Of a stretch of 22,597 bases of DNA, positions 7,924-16,700 are shown piece by piece (the stretch's first letter is position 1; every line of letters starts with the position of its first letter). Source of the DNA: a virus; the IMG/VR virus record IMGVR_UViG_2554235483_000003, positions 1 through 22,597 of that record; one strand, 5' to 3'. The notes under the pieces are model-generated. The model did not search any database and was not told where the DNA came from. It worked only from the letters and a program-made list of their open reading frames with translations. Both the position numbers and the translations under genes were made by a program.

Positions 7924-9123
7924 TTAGTCGGCCTGGACGTCGATCGACTTGGGAGTAAACGTGTTATCGAGTGTCGAGATGACGTCCCCACTGGCAGGCC
8001 CGACAGTCCCTGGCCCAGTCAGAGCACATCCCTCGAACGTGACGGTACCCCCATCAAAGTGCCACTCGAGATCGAACGTGTTGCCCTCGAGGTGGTCGGT
8101 GAGTGCCGAGTGATATTCGAAGTTGCCGGCAACAGTCGCCGTGAACTCAGGGCTCTGCTCTCCGGTGTGAATTGCCTGCTCCGTCGTCCCCATAACGGGG
8201 TTCTTTTCGTAGCCGTTCTCGAGGGAGAAGCTGGCCGACCGAACCTCGGCAGCCAGCTGGGAACCACCCTTGGTGATCTCGTCGTCAAGGAATCGCTCGT
8301 AGTCCTCGCTGATCGGATCGGCGTGACTGCCGTCTCCGAGAGCAGGAACGCCCAGATCTCCCAGTGCACCATCGTAGCTCTCTGCTCCCTTGAGGCGGGC
8401 GAGTTCGCTTCCATCGGCGTCCTCGATGACGACGTCGCCTGCAGTCGGCTCGTCGAGCTCAATCGCGTCGATCGAATCGAACGGATCAGTCGTCGACGAC
8501 TCCGTCTCCCCATCTAGGACAACTTCGGCGGACGTCGTGGCGCCGTCGGACTCGATCGTCACTGTCTGGGTGGTGTCCTCGCCCGACGTCGAGTAGACGC
8601 TGAGTGCGTCTCCATCTGGCTGTCCCACCTTGTACATCCGAACCTTCTTCGCCTCATACGCAAGCGAGAGGACGATTGGGAGAGCGCTCCCAGGATCGCC
8701 AGAGACATCGTCGATGTTCGGGTATCCACCACGAGCAACGACGTAGGTGCGAGAGTCGCCGTAGTCTGCTCGATCGACGACAGTGTGCGTGTTACGGAGA
8801 TCACCATCGTCGTCACGTAGGATCGCATCTCCCGCAGGATCGAGAGGATCGCCACCGTCGTCGACGAAGAACCGCTGGAGATGGTATCCGATCGACGCAG
8901 TGTGATCCTCTGCCCCGGTAAAGTGATTCTGGACTTCGTGATCACCAAGCCCGCGCTGTTCCTCGTACTGTGCATCCGCATCCCACTGGAACGCCGTATC
9001 GAGCGTGTCCGAGTAGAGCTCCCATTCGGGATCGACTGGCGTCTCACCGGGCGTATCTTCGCGGACGAACTCGACACGGTGCTTCCGGAATCCGCTGTCT
9101 GCGTTAGTTGCTTGATTCGTCAT
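7924..9123 (-). CDS. Major tail tube protein (399 aa) with an internal beta-rich insertion
   Basis: N-terminal RVEFVRE.TPGETP motif and C-terminal SFSLENG...HTGEQSPEFTATV pattern typical of siphovirus tubes. Position follows the neck genes. Confidence 0.8.
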   Translation of the reverse strand: MTNQATNADSGFRKHRVEFVREDTPGETPVDPEWELYSDTLDTAFQWDADAQYEEQRGLGDHEVQNHFTGAEDHTASIGYHLQRFFVDDGGDPLDPAGDAILRDDDGDLRNTHTVVDRADYGDSRTYVVARGGYPNIDDVSGDPGSALPIVLSLAYEAKKVRMYKVGQPDGDALSVYSTSGEDTTQTVTIESDGATTSAEVVLDGETESSTTDPFDSIDAIELDEPTAGDVVIEDADGSELARLKGAESYDGALGDLGVPALGDGSHADPISEDYERFLDDEITKGGSQLAAEVRSASFSLENGYEKNPVMGTTEQAIHTGEQSPEFTATVAGNFEYHSALTDHLEGNTFDLEWHFDGGTVTFEGCALTGPGTVGPASGDVISTLDNTFTPKSIDVQAD

Positions 9124-9191
9124 TAGTAGTGTCTAAGTATGTGAAATATGTCATTCAGAATATGATACAAGTCTGCTCGGACGTCGATCGC

Positions 9192-9683
9192 TTAGGCTGA
9201 TGGAGGCGTCTTCTTCCAAGCGTACTGGATCAAGAACTGGACGGAGTGCTCGGTTGGAGTGGCGTCAGTATCGATGAGCTCCGATTTCTGGCCCACAGAG
9301 AGCACCTCGAGCGAATCAGGTGACTGGTTCTGACCGATAATGCACTCGATCTCTTGGGCCATCTGATCTGCTTGGTACTCTTCAAGGCCGACGCTGTCGT
9401 AGTCGTCCCTGGATCCGGCGAAGGCTGTCACCATCACTGAACCGGAGCGGGTTTGGATCCCACCAGAACCGTCTCCAGTAATCGCACTGAAGCCGGATTG
9501 TCCGCCTCCGAATGGGCCCTCATTCGTGTTCGTCACACCAACCTGTGGGAACCCCTTGCCGTCGTCAAACCAGCCAGTGTGGATGTCCCGATCGACAAGC
9601 GAAACTGGGAGATCGGAGTTGTCCCATCCGTCGCGAAGGATATCTCGGACTTGGAGCTTGATATCCTGGATCGTCTCCGGCAT
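9192..9683 (-). CDS. Tail terminator / tail completion protein (163 aa)
   Basis: Size and position immediately before the tube gene; alpha-beta pattern ending in VQFLIQYAW. Confidence 0.65.
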   Translation of the reverse strand: MPETIQDIKLQVRDILRDGWDNSDLPVSLVDRDIHTGWFDDGKGFPQVGVTNTNEGPFGGGQSGFSAITGDGSGGIQTRSGSVMVTAFAGSRDDYDSVGLEEYQADQMAQEIECIIGQNQSPDSLEVLSVGQKSELIDTDATPTEHSVQFLIQYAWKKTPPSA

Positions 9684-10075
9684 TAGAGTACCTCACAGTG
9701 GACTTCGAACAGTGATCCCTGGTAGTGGTAATCGAGCGCCTTATACCGTCGTTCAGTCGCACTGTCGATGAACTCAGTCGCTCGAGTTTCGTCGCCTTCT
9801 CCAATCTCAATCTCAGCGTCGTTGGGATCGACGTAAATCGTCATGTCGCCTGCGATATCTGCCCCGTCAGGGCCAGACTCGTCTTCCGACTGCGTGTTTG
9901 ATCGGATAGTTGCTGGAACAGTGTTGGGAGTGGATGACGTCTCCACCCAGTCTCCGTCAGCGTAGGGATTGTCATCGCCAGTCGGATCGTACTCGTAGTT
10001 GTAGACATCGACGTCTCTCGCCATCGACTTGTGGGCCCGGCGGACGGCTCGATTTGTCTGTCTGTAGAGATTCAT
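9683..10075 (-). CDS. Head closure (stopper-like) protein (130 aa)
   Basis: Synteny; beta-rich pattern RDVDVYNY...YDP...VPATI...DMTIYV. Confidence 0.55.
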   Translation of the reverse strand: MNLYRQTNRAVRRAHKSMARDVDVYNYEYDPTGDDNPYADGDWVETSSTPNTVPATIRSNTQSEDESGPDGADIAGDMTIYVDPNDAEIEIGEGDETRATEFIDSATERRYKALDYHYQGSLFEVHCEVL

Positions 10076-10395
10076 TGCTTCTCCACCTCGATCGAATCCC
10101 TCAGTGCTCCAGTGTCGACGGGAGCTCTCGACTGTGCATTGTCGGCAATCTCGTTGGCGAGGGTATCGGCGATCGTGTCCGGGTCGAGATCGCTCCCAAT
10201 GATTCGGTCGAGATCTCGGACAGCCTCCTCAACGGCCGGCCGGAGGAACGGTTGGGCCTGCATCTTGGACGTCCCGTACTCGACATAGATGGCGTAGTCC
10301 ACTCCTGCCCGAACCGTATACTGTACCGTCCCCGATGTCCTATAGTCAAGACTGTCGAGGAGGCCGTCGAATCCAGAAATCGAGATCCCAGTCAT
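10072..10395 (-). CDS. HK97 gp10-like neck/tail component (107 aa)
   Basis: Signature motifs YAIYVEYGTSKMQAQPFLRPA and APVDTGALRDSI. Confidence 0.9.
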   Translation of the reverse strand: MTGISISGFDGLLDSLDYRTSGTVQYTVRAGVDYAIYVEYGTSKMQAQPFLRPAVEEAVRDLDRIIGSDLDPDTIADTLANEIADNAQSRAPVDTGALRDSIEVEKQ

Positions 10396-10398
10396 AAC

Positions 10399-10728
10399 TT
10401 ACGTTGTCGCGATCACGAATCCACCAGGTCGAGCAAGGCGGTTAGTCGGATCGAGGAGAACCGCCTGATGCCAGTATCGATCGCCATCAGTCCCGAGTTC
10501 AGCGTCAACACCCTCATGCGAAACCGAGGAGACGCGTGGATCCTTCGACGTCGCCAGGTGGGCTGCAAGATACATCTCGATCGACGCTAAGATGCCCTCG
10601 TCGTCGCAGTAGGGCACACACCGATCCTCGACAACGCGGTGTGCGTCGGCGATGAATGCTTCGAGTTCAGCTTCACTGAGATCCGTCTCGAGCACCTCGC
10701 TAACGTCGTAGTGATTGATTCGTGTCAT
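10399..10728 (-). CDS. Head-tail adaptor (gp6/gp15-like, 109 aa)
   Basis: Start moved to ATG at 10728 (MTRINHYDV). Helical pattern ELEAFIADAHRVV...IEMYLAAHLA...VSSVSHEGV, directly after the capsid gene. Confidence 0.75.
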   Translation of the reverse strand: MTRINHYDVSEVLETDLSEAELEAFIADAHRVVEDRCVPYCDDEGILASIEMYLAAHLATSKDPRVSSVSHEGVDAELGTDGDRYWHQAVLLDPTNRLARPGGFVIATT

Positions 10729-10766
10729 AATAGAGCAGAATCCTAATACGGGACGAGCTGGCTCGT

Positions 10767-11597
10767 TTAACCCTCGATCTTGACGCCAGCGTCGGGACGG
10801 ACAGCCGTCCACCCCATCCGGGTGCGAACCTGGATGACGCGCTCGTTCGTCGTATCCTTCTCGTACTCGTTCGTCGTCATCTCCGTCCGAGTGCTCTCAA
10901 TACCGTAGCTCGAGCTGTCGAACATGACGGCCTCTCCAGCACCGACGTGGCCACCGTTGTCGACATAGACGGGGACACCTGCAACCTCACCGAAGGCGCC
11001 GTCGCGGACGACATCGTCGCCCATCTCGCTGGCGCGAGTGAACTCGTCTGACTTCATCAGGTCGCCCTTCGACTCTGCGGAGACGACGAGCAGATCGGGA
11101 TCGAACGCGCTCCCCTCGAGTGCAGTCATCGCATCGATGACATCGGCGTACTCGAGGTTGCCAGAAGCGTCGCCGATGACAGTGCCTTGGAGATTCTCGT
11201 AGTTGCCCTCAGCGTCGGTAGCACTGATCTCCTCGAACGCTGCTTCGTCGAGCGCGTCGGCGAGATCCTCCGCTCGCTCCTGAGTTTGGAGCGCGATAAC
11301 GTCGAGGAGAGAATCCTCGATCGCCTCGTAGGTGATAGCGATCTCGACACCGTACTTGTCGTGCGAGACGCTGACTTTGCGAGTCCCATTCTCCGATTCA
11401 GGGTACTCAGTACCCTCGTCGACGATGCCCGCGTCGCGAACCTTGTCCGAGACGGGAATCTCGACAGTGTTCGAGTTGATCGCGGTTGAGTCGATCTGGC
11501 TGAATGCCTGTCGCCAGACACGGTTCTCCTGGGCGTACTGATCGACTTCGGCACGAACTGCCTCCTGATCAATAACTTCGTTACTAGAAACTGCCAT
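10767..11597 (-). CDS. Major capsid protein, HK97 fold (276 aa, no delta domain)
   Basis: Motifs VDEGTEYPES, KYGVEIAITYEAIEDS, FGEVAGVPVYVD and VIQVRTRMGW..VRPDA. Confidence 0.92.
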   Translation of the reverse strand: MAVSSNEVIDQEAVRAEVDQYAQENRVWRQAFSQIDSTAINSNTVEIPVSDKVRDAGIVDEGTEYPESENGTRKVSVSHDKYGVEIAITYEAIEDSLLDVIALQTQERAEDLADALDEAAFEEISATDAEGNYENLQGTVIGDASGNLEYADVIDAMTALEGSAFDPDLLVVSAESKGDLMKSDEFTRASEMGDDVVRDGAFGEVAGVPVYVDNGGHVGAGEAVMFDSSSYGIESTRTEMTTNEYEKDTTNERVIQVRTRMGWTAVRPDAGVKIEG

Positions 11598-11608
11598 TTG
11601 CGACGTGA

Positions 11609-11632
11609 CTGCTGTCGCCGAATCGACAGCAG
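11609..11632. other. Stem-loop 12 nt upstream of the capsid start
   Basis: CTGCTGTCG-ccgaat-CGACAGCAG, 9-bp perfect stem. Confidence 0.55.
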
Positions 11633-11696
11633 CGGGCCTCGTTCAATCCGAGCGTTAATCCTAGAGTATGGTGCTTCAGATGAAGCGACACTCGTT

Positions 11697-11716
11697 GGTG
11701 AGTTAGCTAACTCACC
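11697..11716. repeat. Perfect 20-bp palindrome GGTGAGTTAGCTAACTCACC
   Basis: Equals its own reverse complement and overlaps the protease-scaffold stop codon. Confidence 0.85.
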
Positions 11717-12920
11717 GTAGTTCGGCAAGGCGCTCCTCGGCGTCAGTCCGAGCAGCATCCCAACCCATCTCGTCGTATCGTTCGATCTTCGACTCGAGGG
11801 CAGAGATCTCCTCGTCAGTACCATCATCCGTCGTGGAGAGCTCGCTCTGTTCGACGTCACCAGTCTGGGGGGCCGGCGTCGACTCCTCCTGGCCAGGCGA
11901 CTCGAGAACGAGCGAAGCCTCTGCCTCGTCGAACTTCTCCTTCAGCTCATCGAACGTGTACTTCTCAGCAAGCTCTTCGGCTTCGAAGAACTCCGTGTCT
12001 TCTGCGAGTCGTTCGGCATATTCGAGGCGGACACTCTCGAGTTCCCCACGGAGTTCTGCCTTCTCGGATTCGAGCGCTTCGATTGTCTTCCGGAGTTCAG
12101 CTTCAGTTTGAGCCGATTCATCGTCGACTTCCACCTCTTCTACGTCGTTCTCAGACTCTGCAACCTCTGCTTCCTCCTTGACGTTTTCGGTGTCAGTGGG
12201 AGTCTTAGATTCGTCTGCCTCAACTTCGGCTTCGTCGACGTCTTCGCTTAGCGAAGCGTCGTCGTTGCCAGCCGAAGCCGGGCTTTCTTCCGTAGTGTTT
12301 TCAGTTTCTTCAGTCATATTCGAAATCTCGTGATCTGGCTCAGGATCATCCTGTATCAGTCGAGCCACATCGTCTGCTGTAAGCGACGCTAATGCCTCGC
12401 TCGGGCTGGATCCTGCTTGGACAAAGTTAGACGGAGAACCACCGCGGGGAACGACAGAAAGATCAAGAAAGCGGACGTCCTTGACGATTCTCGCGCCATC
12501 GTCAGTCATACCGTTTGTCTGATGGATGGCGTGGATCGACACCTCAAGTCGTCCTCGAGCGATCTTCATCGCAATCTCCTCGTCGTCGACCTCCGCCTCG
12601 AAGACAATTCCGACGTCATCCTCGTAAGCAGCGTCGACGACTTCCCCGATGACGGCATCAACGTCGTTATCCACGTGGTTCTTGTTCAGTGGAACGCCAA
12701 CGAGCGACTGCACGGCTGCACGGAGCTCAGTCGCCGACCAGAACTTGGGCCCGTTCTGCCCGTGAGTAACCTCAGCTTCTCCAATGGCTACCCCGTGAAC
12801 GACGTAGGGCGTGTCCTGTTCGTCGAGTTCTGAACATCGTGCAATCCCAGTGGGAGAATCCACTCGGACAGTATGCTCTTGCTCGCCAGTGTTCGAATTC
12901 TCAGTAGATTCAGTACTCAT
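11712..12920 (-). CDS. Prohead protease fused to an acidic scaffolding domain (402 aa)
   Basis: N-terminal half has VPLNKNH, VIGEV, EVSI and DLSVVPRGG motifs of phage prohead proteases. C-terminal half is very Glu-rich coiled coil. It sits directly upstream of the capsid gene. Confidence 0.85.
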   Translation of the reverse strand: MSTESTENSNTGEQEHTVRVDSPTGIARCSELDEQDTPYVVHGVAIGEAEVTHGQNGPKFWSATELRAAVQSLVGVPLNKNHVDNDVDAVIGEVVDAAYEDDVGIVFEAEVDDEEIAMKIARGRLEVSIHAIHQTNGMTDDGARIVKDVRFLDLSVVPRGGSPSNFVQAGSSPSEALASLTADDVARLIQDDPEPDHEISNMTEETENTTEESPASAGNDDASLSEDVDEAEVEADESKTPTDTENVKEEAEVAESENDVEEVEVDDESAQTEAELRKTIEALESEKAELRGELESVRLEYAERLAEDTEFFEAEELAEKYTFDELKEKFDEAEASLVLESPGQEESTPAPQTGDVEQSELSTTDDGTDEEISALESKIERYDEMGWDAARTDAEERLAELR

Positions 12921-12928
12921 ACAGAAAA

Positions 12929-13255
12929 TCAGTCAGTGATAATTACGTCGTGGAACCCGTCATTAGGAAATGTCTCCTGAGATCCGTCGGGATAATCCAC
13001 GATGAAATCAGCTCGAAAACGCCCGGTGAGCTCGGATATCTCGTCTTCGCTCCAGGAGTACCTGACAATCCCTCCATTAGCATCAAAGCTAGTGGCAGCG
13101 TCATTTAGAACAGGTGATCCACCACGTGGTTCTTGGAGTCGGAATTGAACCTCGGCATCGTTGAGGTCGATCGACTCGCCGTTTTCGTCGAGTAGCACAG
13201 CCTCAAGGACAGGTGCAGTGTCTCCAGACTTGAGATAGAACGATTCACACACCAC
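12929..13255 (-). CDS. BppU N-terminal-domain-like virion protein (108 aa)
   Basis: Pattern LKSGDTAPVLEAVLLD.NG..IDLNDAEV.F...GIVRYSW...RADF.V.YPDG..ETFP resembles the stand-alone BppU_N/DUF2479 type domain. Confidence 0.6.
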   Translation of the reverse strand: MVCESFYLKSGDTAPVLEAVLLDENGESIDLNDAEVQFRLQEPRGGSPVLNDAATSFDANGGIVRYSWSEDEISELTGRFRADFIVDYPDGSQETFPNDGFHDVIITD

Positions 13256-13267
13256 ATACCACCGACG

Positions 13268-13657
13268 TTATTCAACAGCCATCCCAACGTTCGTGAGATC
13301 CAGAACGTCGACTGAGCCGAGATCGTACGTCTGCTCAAGTTCACTGGTGAAGATCAGATCCCCGCTCGAACTATCTCGAACGTAGATATAGTCAACAGCA
13401 ACGTCAGAATCCCCAACATCGAAACTAATTTCGCCAAGATTAAGCTCAGCATTCCCATTCTCGTTCTGCGAGATGGTATGATTACTCACCGACTGAGGTG
13501 CGTAGTTGCTACCCACGGGTTCCGAAGTGATGTCAGCATACGTACTATCCTCAGCAAGTGCATCCGTCGAATTATCGAAGAGCCCTATTTCCACAGTACG
13601 TCCGTCGAACGCGCCGTTGAGAACAAGCAGCTCTCCGTCATTGTGTAGATAAGCCAT
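13268..13657 (-). CDS. Small beta-rich virion protein of the fibre-associated type (129 aa)
   Basis: Pattern VEIGLFD...DALAEDST.ADITSEP.GSNYAPQSV...ISFD recurs in small proteins next to phage fibre genes; recognised from memory only. Confidence 0.5.
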   Translation of the reverse strand: MAYLHNDGELLVLNGAFDGRTVEIGLFDNSTDALAEDSTYADITSEPVGSNYAPQSVSNHTISQNENGNAELNLGEISFDVGDSDVAVDYIYVRDSSSGDLIFTSELEQTYDLGSVDVLDLTNVGMAVE

Positions 13658-13739
13658 AATTGTCTCTAAAAGTGCTTTACTGCGACTGTCACTGATGAGA
13701 ACTACTCAAGAAACGAGCTACCCGCGTATTATCTTACGC

Positions 13740-13770
13740 TCTATACTAATATAAGACTTTATGCTTCCGT
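13740..13770 (-). promoter_or_regulatory. Candidate archaeal promoter (purine-rich BRE-like run followed by TTATATTA)
   Basis: Minus strand reads GGAAGCATAAAGTC-TTATATTA (box at 13747-13754) in a 141-bp AT-rich gap, about 90 nt upstream of the 13657 start. Confidence 0.35.
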
Positions 13771-13798
13771 GAATGATATAATATTGGGAATAGAGCCC

Positions 13799-16700
13799 TC
13801 ATTCGTCTGATCTCTCAGAACTGTATATATCAGCGTCGTTCCCTCCACTAATACGTAGATCATTCTCACCACTGACGCTCATACCATTCGATCCAACGGA
13901 CAATTTCCTTACAACCTGAGAGTACTGGAATGGGGCATGGAGACTAACCGTGAGATCAATTAGAGTTGGAGTTAGCGTGATACTGGTGAATATGTTGCTC
14001 CTCTCTTGGAGTGTAGTAGTGGTATACGTAAGATCTCCACTCTTGGCGTTAGATATAGAGGAGATATCTGTTGGAATCGAAGTAGCAAACACTATCTTAG
14101 ATGAGGTGGCTCCGCTTGTCTCCGATTCAGGAATCGATATCTTTGAAGAAATCAGTAGCCTTGCCTCGTCACGTTCGAACTTCCCGGAAGTGATCTCGAG
14201 AATAGAGATATCGACGACGTCAGCATGGACATCATCAATAATCCCCTGTAGTGTATTAATTTCGCTTAGTGATAATTCTGATTCAACTAGATGAACGTTT
14301 GGAGTTGCTACTGAGAACCCACTTGGTGTAAGTTCCTGAGCAGTGAGGGAAATCGTCGAGGAATCTCTGATTGTAGAGTGTGATTCCACAGCAATTGGGT
14401 GCGCTGTAGTATCCAACAGAGCGCTCTCTACGAGTGTGTGAGTCGTTTCACTCGGATTAAGGATACTCGCTCCGACTCCGATATCGACATCTTCATTGAG
14501 GCTAGTAGCCATCTCATTGGAGTCCAGAATCTCCACTCTTCCATTGTACACGACTGTGCGGTTAGTGGTCAACGACGCTCCAGTCGTATCGACAGGATCT
14601 ACACCAACACCAACTCTATCCGTATCTGAGACACCCAGTCCAACCAACTCAGGCTCGCCAATCGTCACTGACGTAGGGGTTGACACGGGAGTAGAGTTTG
14701 TAGTAGCGATTATATCTGTGAATTGAGTAATGGCCAATTCAGTGAGAACCGGAGCAGTTTCAGTAGACGAGTGTCCTACTGTCTGATCGATATCCGCTGT
14801 TGCACTAATACCTCTAGTCTCGGTCGTAGACGAACTTGTGCTCTGTAGGTTCGGGATCCTCACTATTGCGTTGAGTCCCTCTGACTCGTCAACGATTATA
14901 CGTAGCGGAGTGTGGGGATCAACAGATGCACTGGTGACTTTCAACGAATTATCAGCAACCGTCCGGACGACGGTATTCTTTGCTTCCCAGGCATCCTGAC
15001 TCCCTGGAAGCTGTGGATGCGAGACGGTCGTGTACGACTCGTCGTCAAGCGTCCACGCTTCAGAGCCATCATCTGCGTTGTACGCTCGGATTCCGTCAGA
15101 CTCACACCCCACGTAGATCGTCCCAGTCTGATCTATCTCAATCGAGCCCGAACTTGAATTGATGCTTCGCTCCCAGACAATTTCTGCATAGTCGTTGTCG
15201 GGGTGAATCGATTCAGATGGATTCTCAGCTATGTACTTGAACAACCTCGTCGAGTTTGATCCATTCGTCTCAATGAAATAGAGCGCATCATCGTCGTCAG
15301 CAACGCCATCAATCACATCATTAGAGAAAAGAGAGATGCCGTGTGGATCTGCAGTGCCTTCTGGGACGAAATATAGGATATCTTCGCCAAATACGAAGGG
15401 CTCTGGACTACTCACATCGTACCTTGGAATAACACCGACGGGATCGAAGTTGCTCCCGAGACTCTCGTCCATGTACACCGTATTGTGATTGACGTGAGCT
15501 CCCTGATCCCCTTCTCCACCAGAGACTACCAAGTATCGCTGCGATTCTGGGTATTCATCAGATGTTTCATCGTCGTATCTGACGAGCTTTGGAGAGTCAC
15601 CTGCCTCATCGTCAGTTATCGAGTACTCAGGGATATCTGGCCATCCATTGGTGCCTGTGTCCTTGACGAATACACACCAGTCGTCTTCCCAGTCGGTAAC
15701 TCTGTCAGTTAGAATGTACAGGTATCCCCAGTCGCTGATGTCGATATCAAGGAATTCGATGTCAGAATCACCGAACCCCGCAACATCCTCCTCTGAGACA
15801 GTCCATCGAACATTACCATCTGGACTGTAGGAGATAATCCGATCAGGTTGATTGTTGTAGAAGACGTACGCATTTCGGTCGCTATCGACAACAATGTCAA
15901 ACGGTTCCTCTGGAAGACTCTTCCTCCACGAAACGTTCCCCTCGTTGTCAAAGAAGATGAGCTCACCCGTTGAGCTTGAGTAGGCGTAGTTGTACGGCTC
16001 AATCTCACTTTCCTTAGTGGTGAACACACTCGGATTGGTGATTCGAGTGCCAACCCGAGTTACGGCTGGAGCTGCTTCCTCGTTCCCAATTGGTGATGTT
16101 GTGTATACATCCCCAATTGACAGCGTACTATCAGCACTAACTATTGACGAAGCCCCCTCTGCAATGGCTGTAGACGTCGAAGCTATCGAATCCCCCTTGA
16201 TGGCAGCCATACCACTCGTAGAACCCACCGAAGCCACACTATGAACGGAGGAGAATTCAGCAGTGAGAGGCGCAGCAACTCCCTCTATCGGTACTTTCGA
16301 TGATGCTCTCGAATCAAGTGATAATGTCGATGCACCAATGGTATGTATCCCTGCTGAAACAGTAGAATGGCCGATCGGTAACAACCCATCACCGTTGACA
16401 CTAACCGTGGCAGGAGTATCTGCTTTCGATGACATCGTCTCTGGTGTCGTTGTAGTAATAGTACTCGTTGTCGTGATCGACACAGGAGATACTGATGAAG
16501 TCTCTGAGGGGCTGTGCGGATATCCCTGTAAATCTATCTGTGATGTGATGGGCGAACCCACAGCGGTCGCTGATGGAGAGGTGACAACTGTTTTCCCAGT
16601 AGTGACGCTTGCACTCGCCGTCTCAATCTCTACTGTCTGGGTAGAGACGTGGGGTGGGAGTATTTTTGAAGACAGAGTTGTCTTCAACGCAGTTGCATTC

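Noticed and set aside
9910-10590. Long plus-strand ORF (226 aa) and similar antisense ORFs such as 5613-6272, 8059-8517, 19294-19875 and 21813-22487
   Set aside because: They are shadows of well-supported minus-strand genes, expected from biased codon usage, and carry no motifs.
11697-11716. Palindrome as a protelomerase (telRL) or cos site
   Set aside because: It is shorter than known telRL sites, lies in the middle of the head operon, and no resolvase gene is in view.
11126-11860. 244-aa alternative-frame ORF spanning the scaffold/capsid junction
   Set aside because: It is Arg/Ser-rich and out of frame with two strong genes, and I saw no slippery site linking it to them.
13692-13730. Hammerhead-ribozyme-like words CTGATGAG...GAAAC on the plus strand
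   Set aside because: The base before GAAA is A, so the conserved stem II closing pair cannot form. Stem III is weak and no stem I partner was found.
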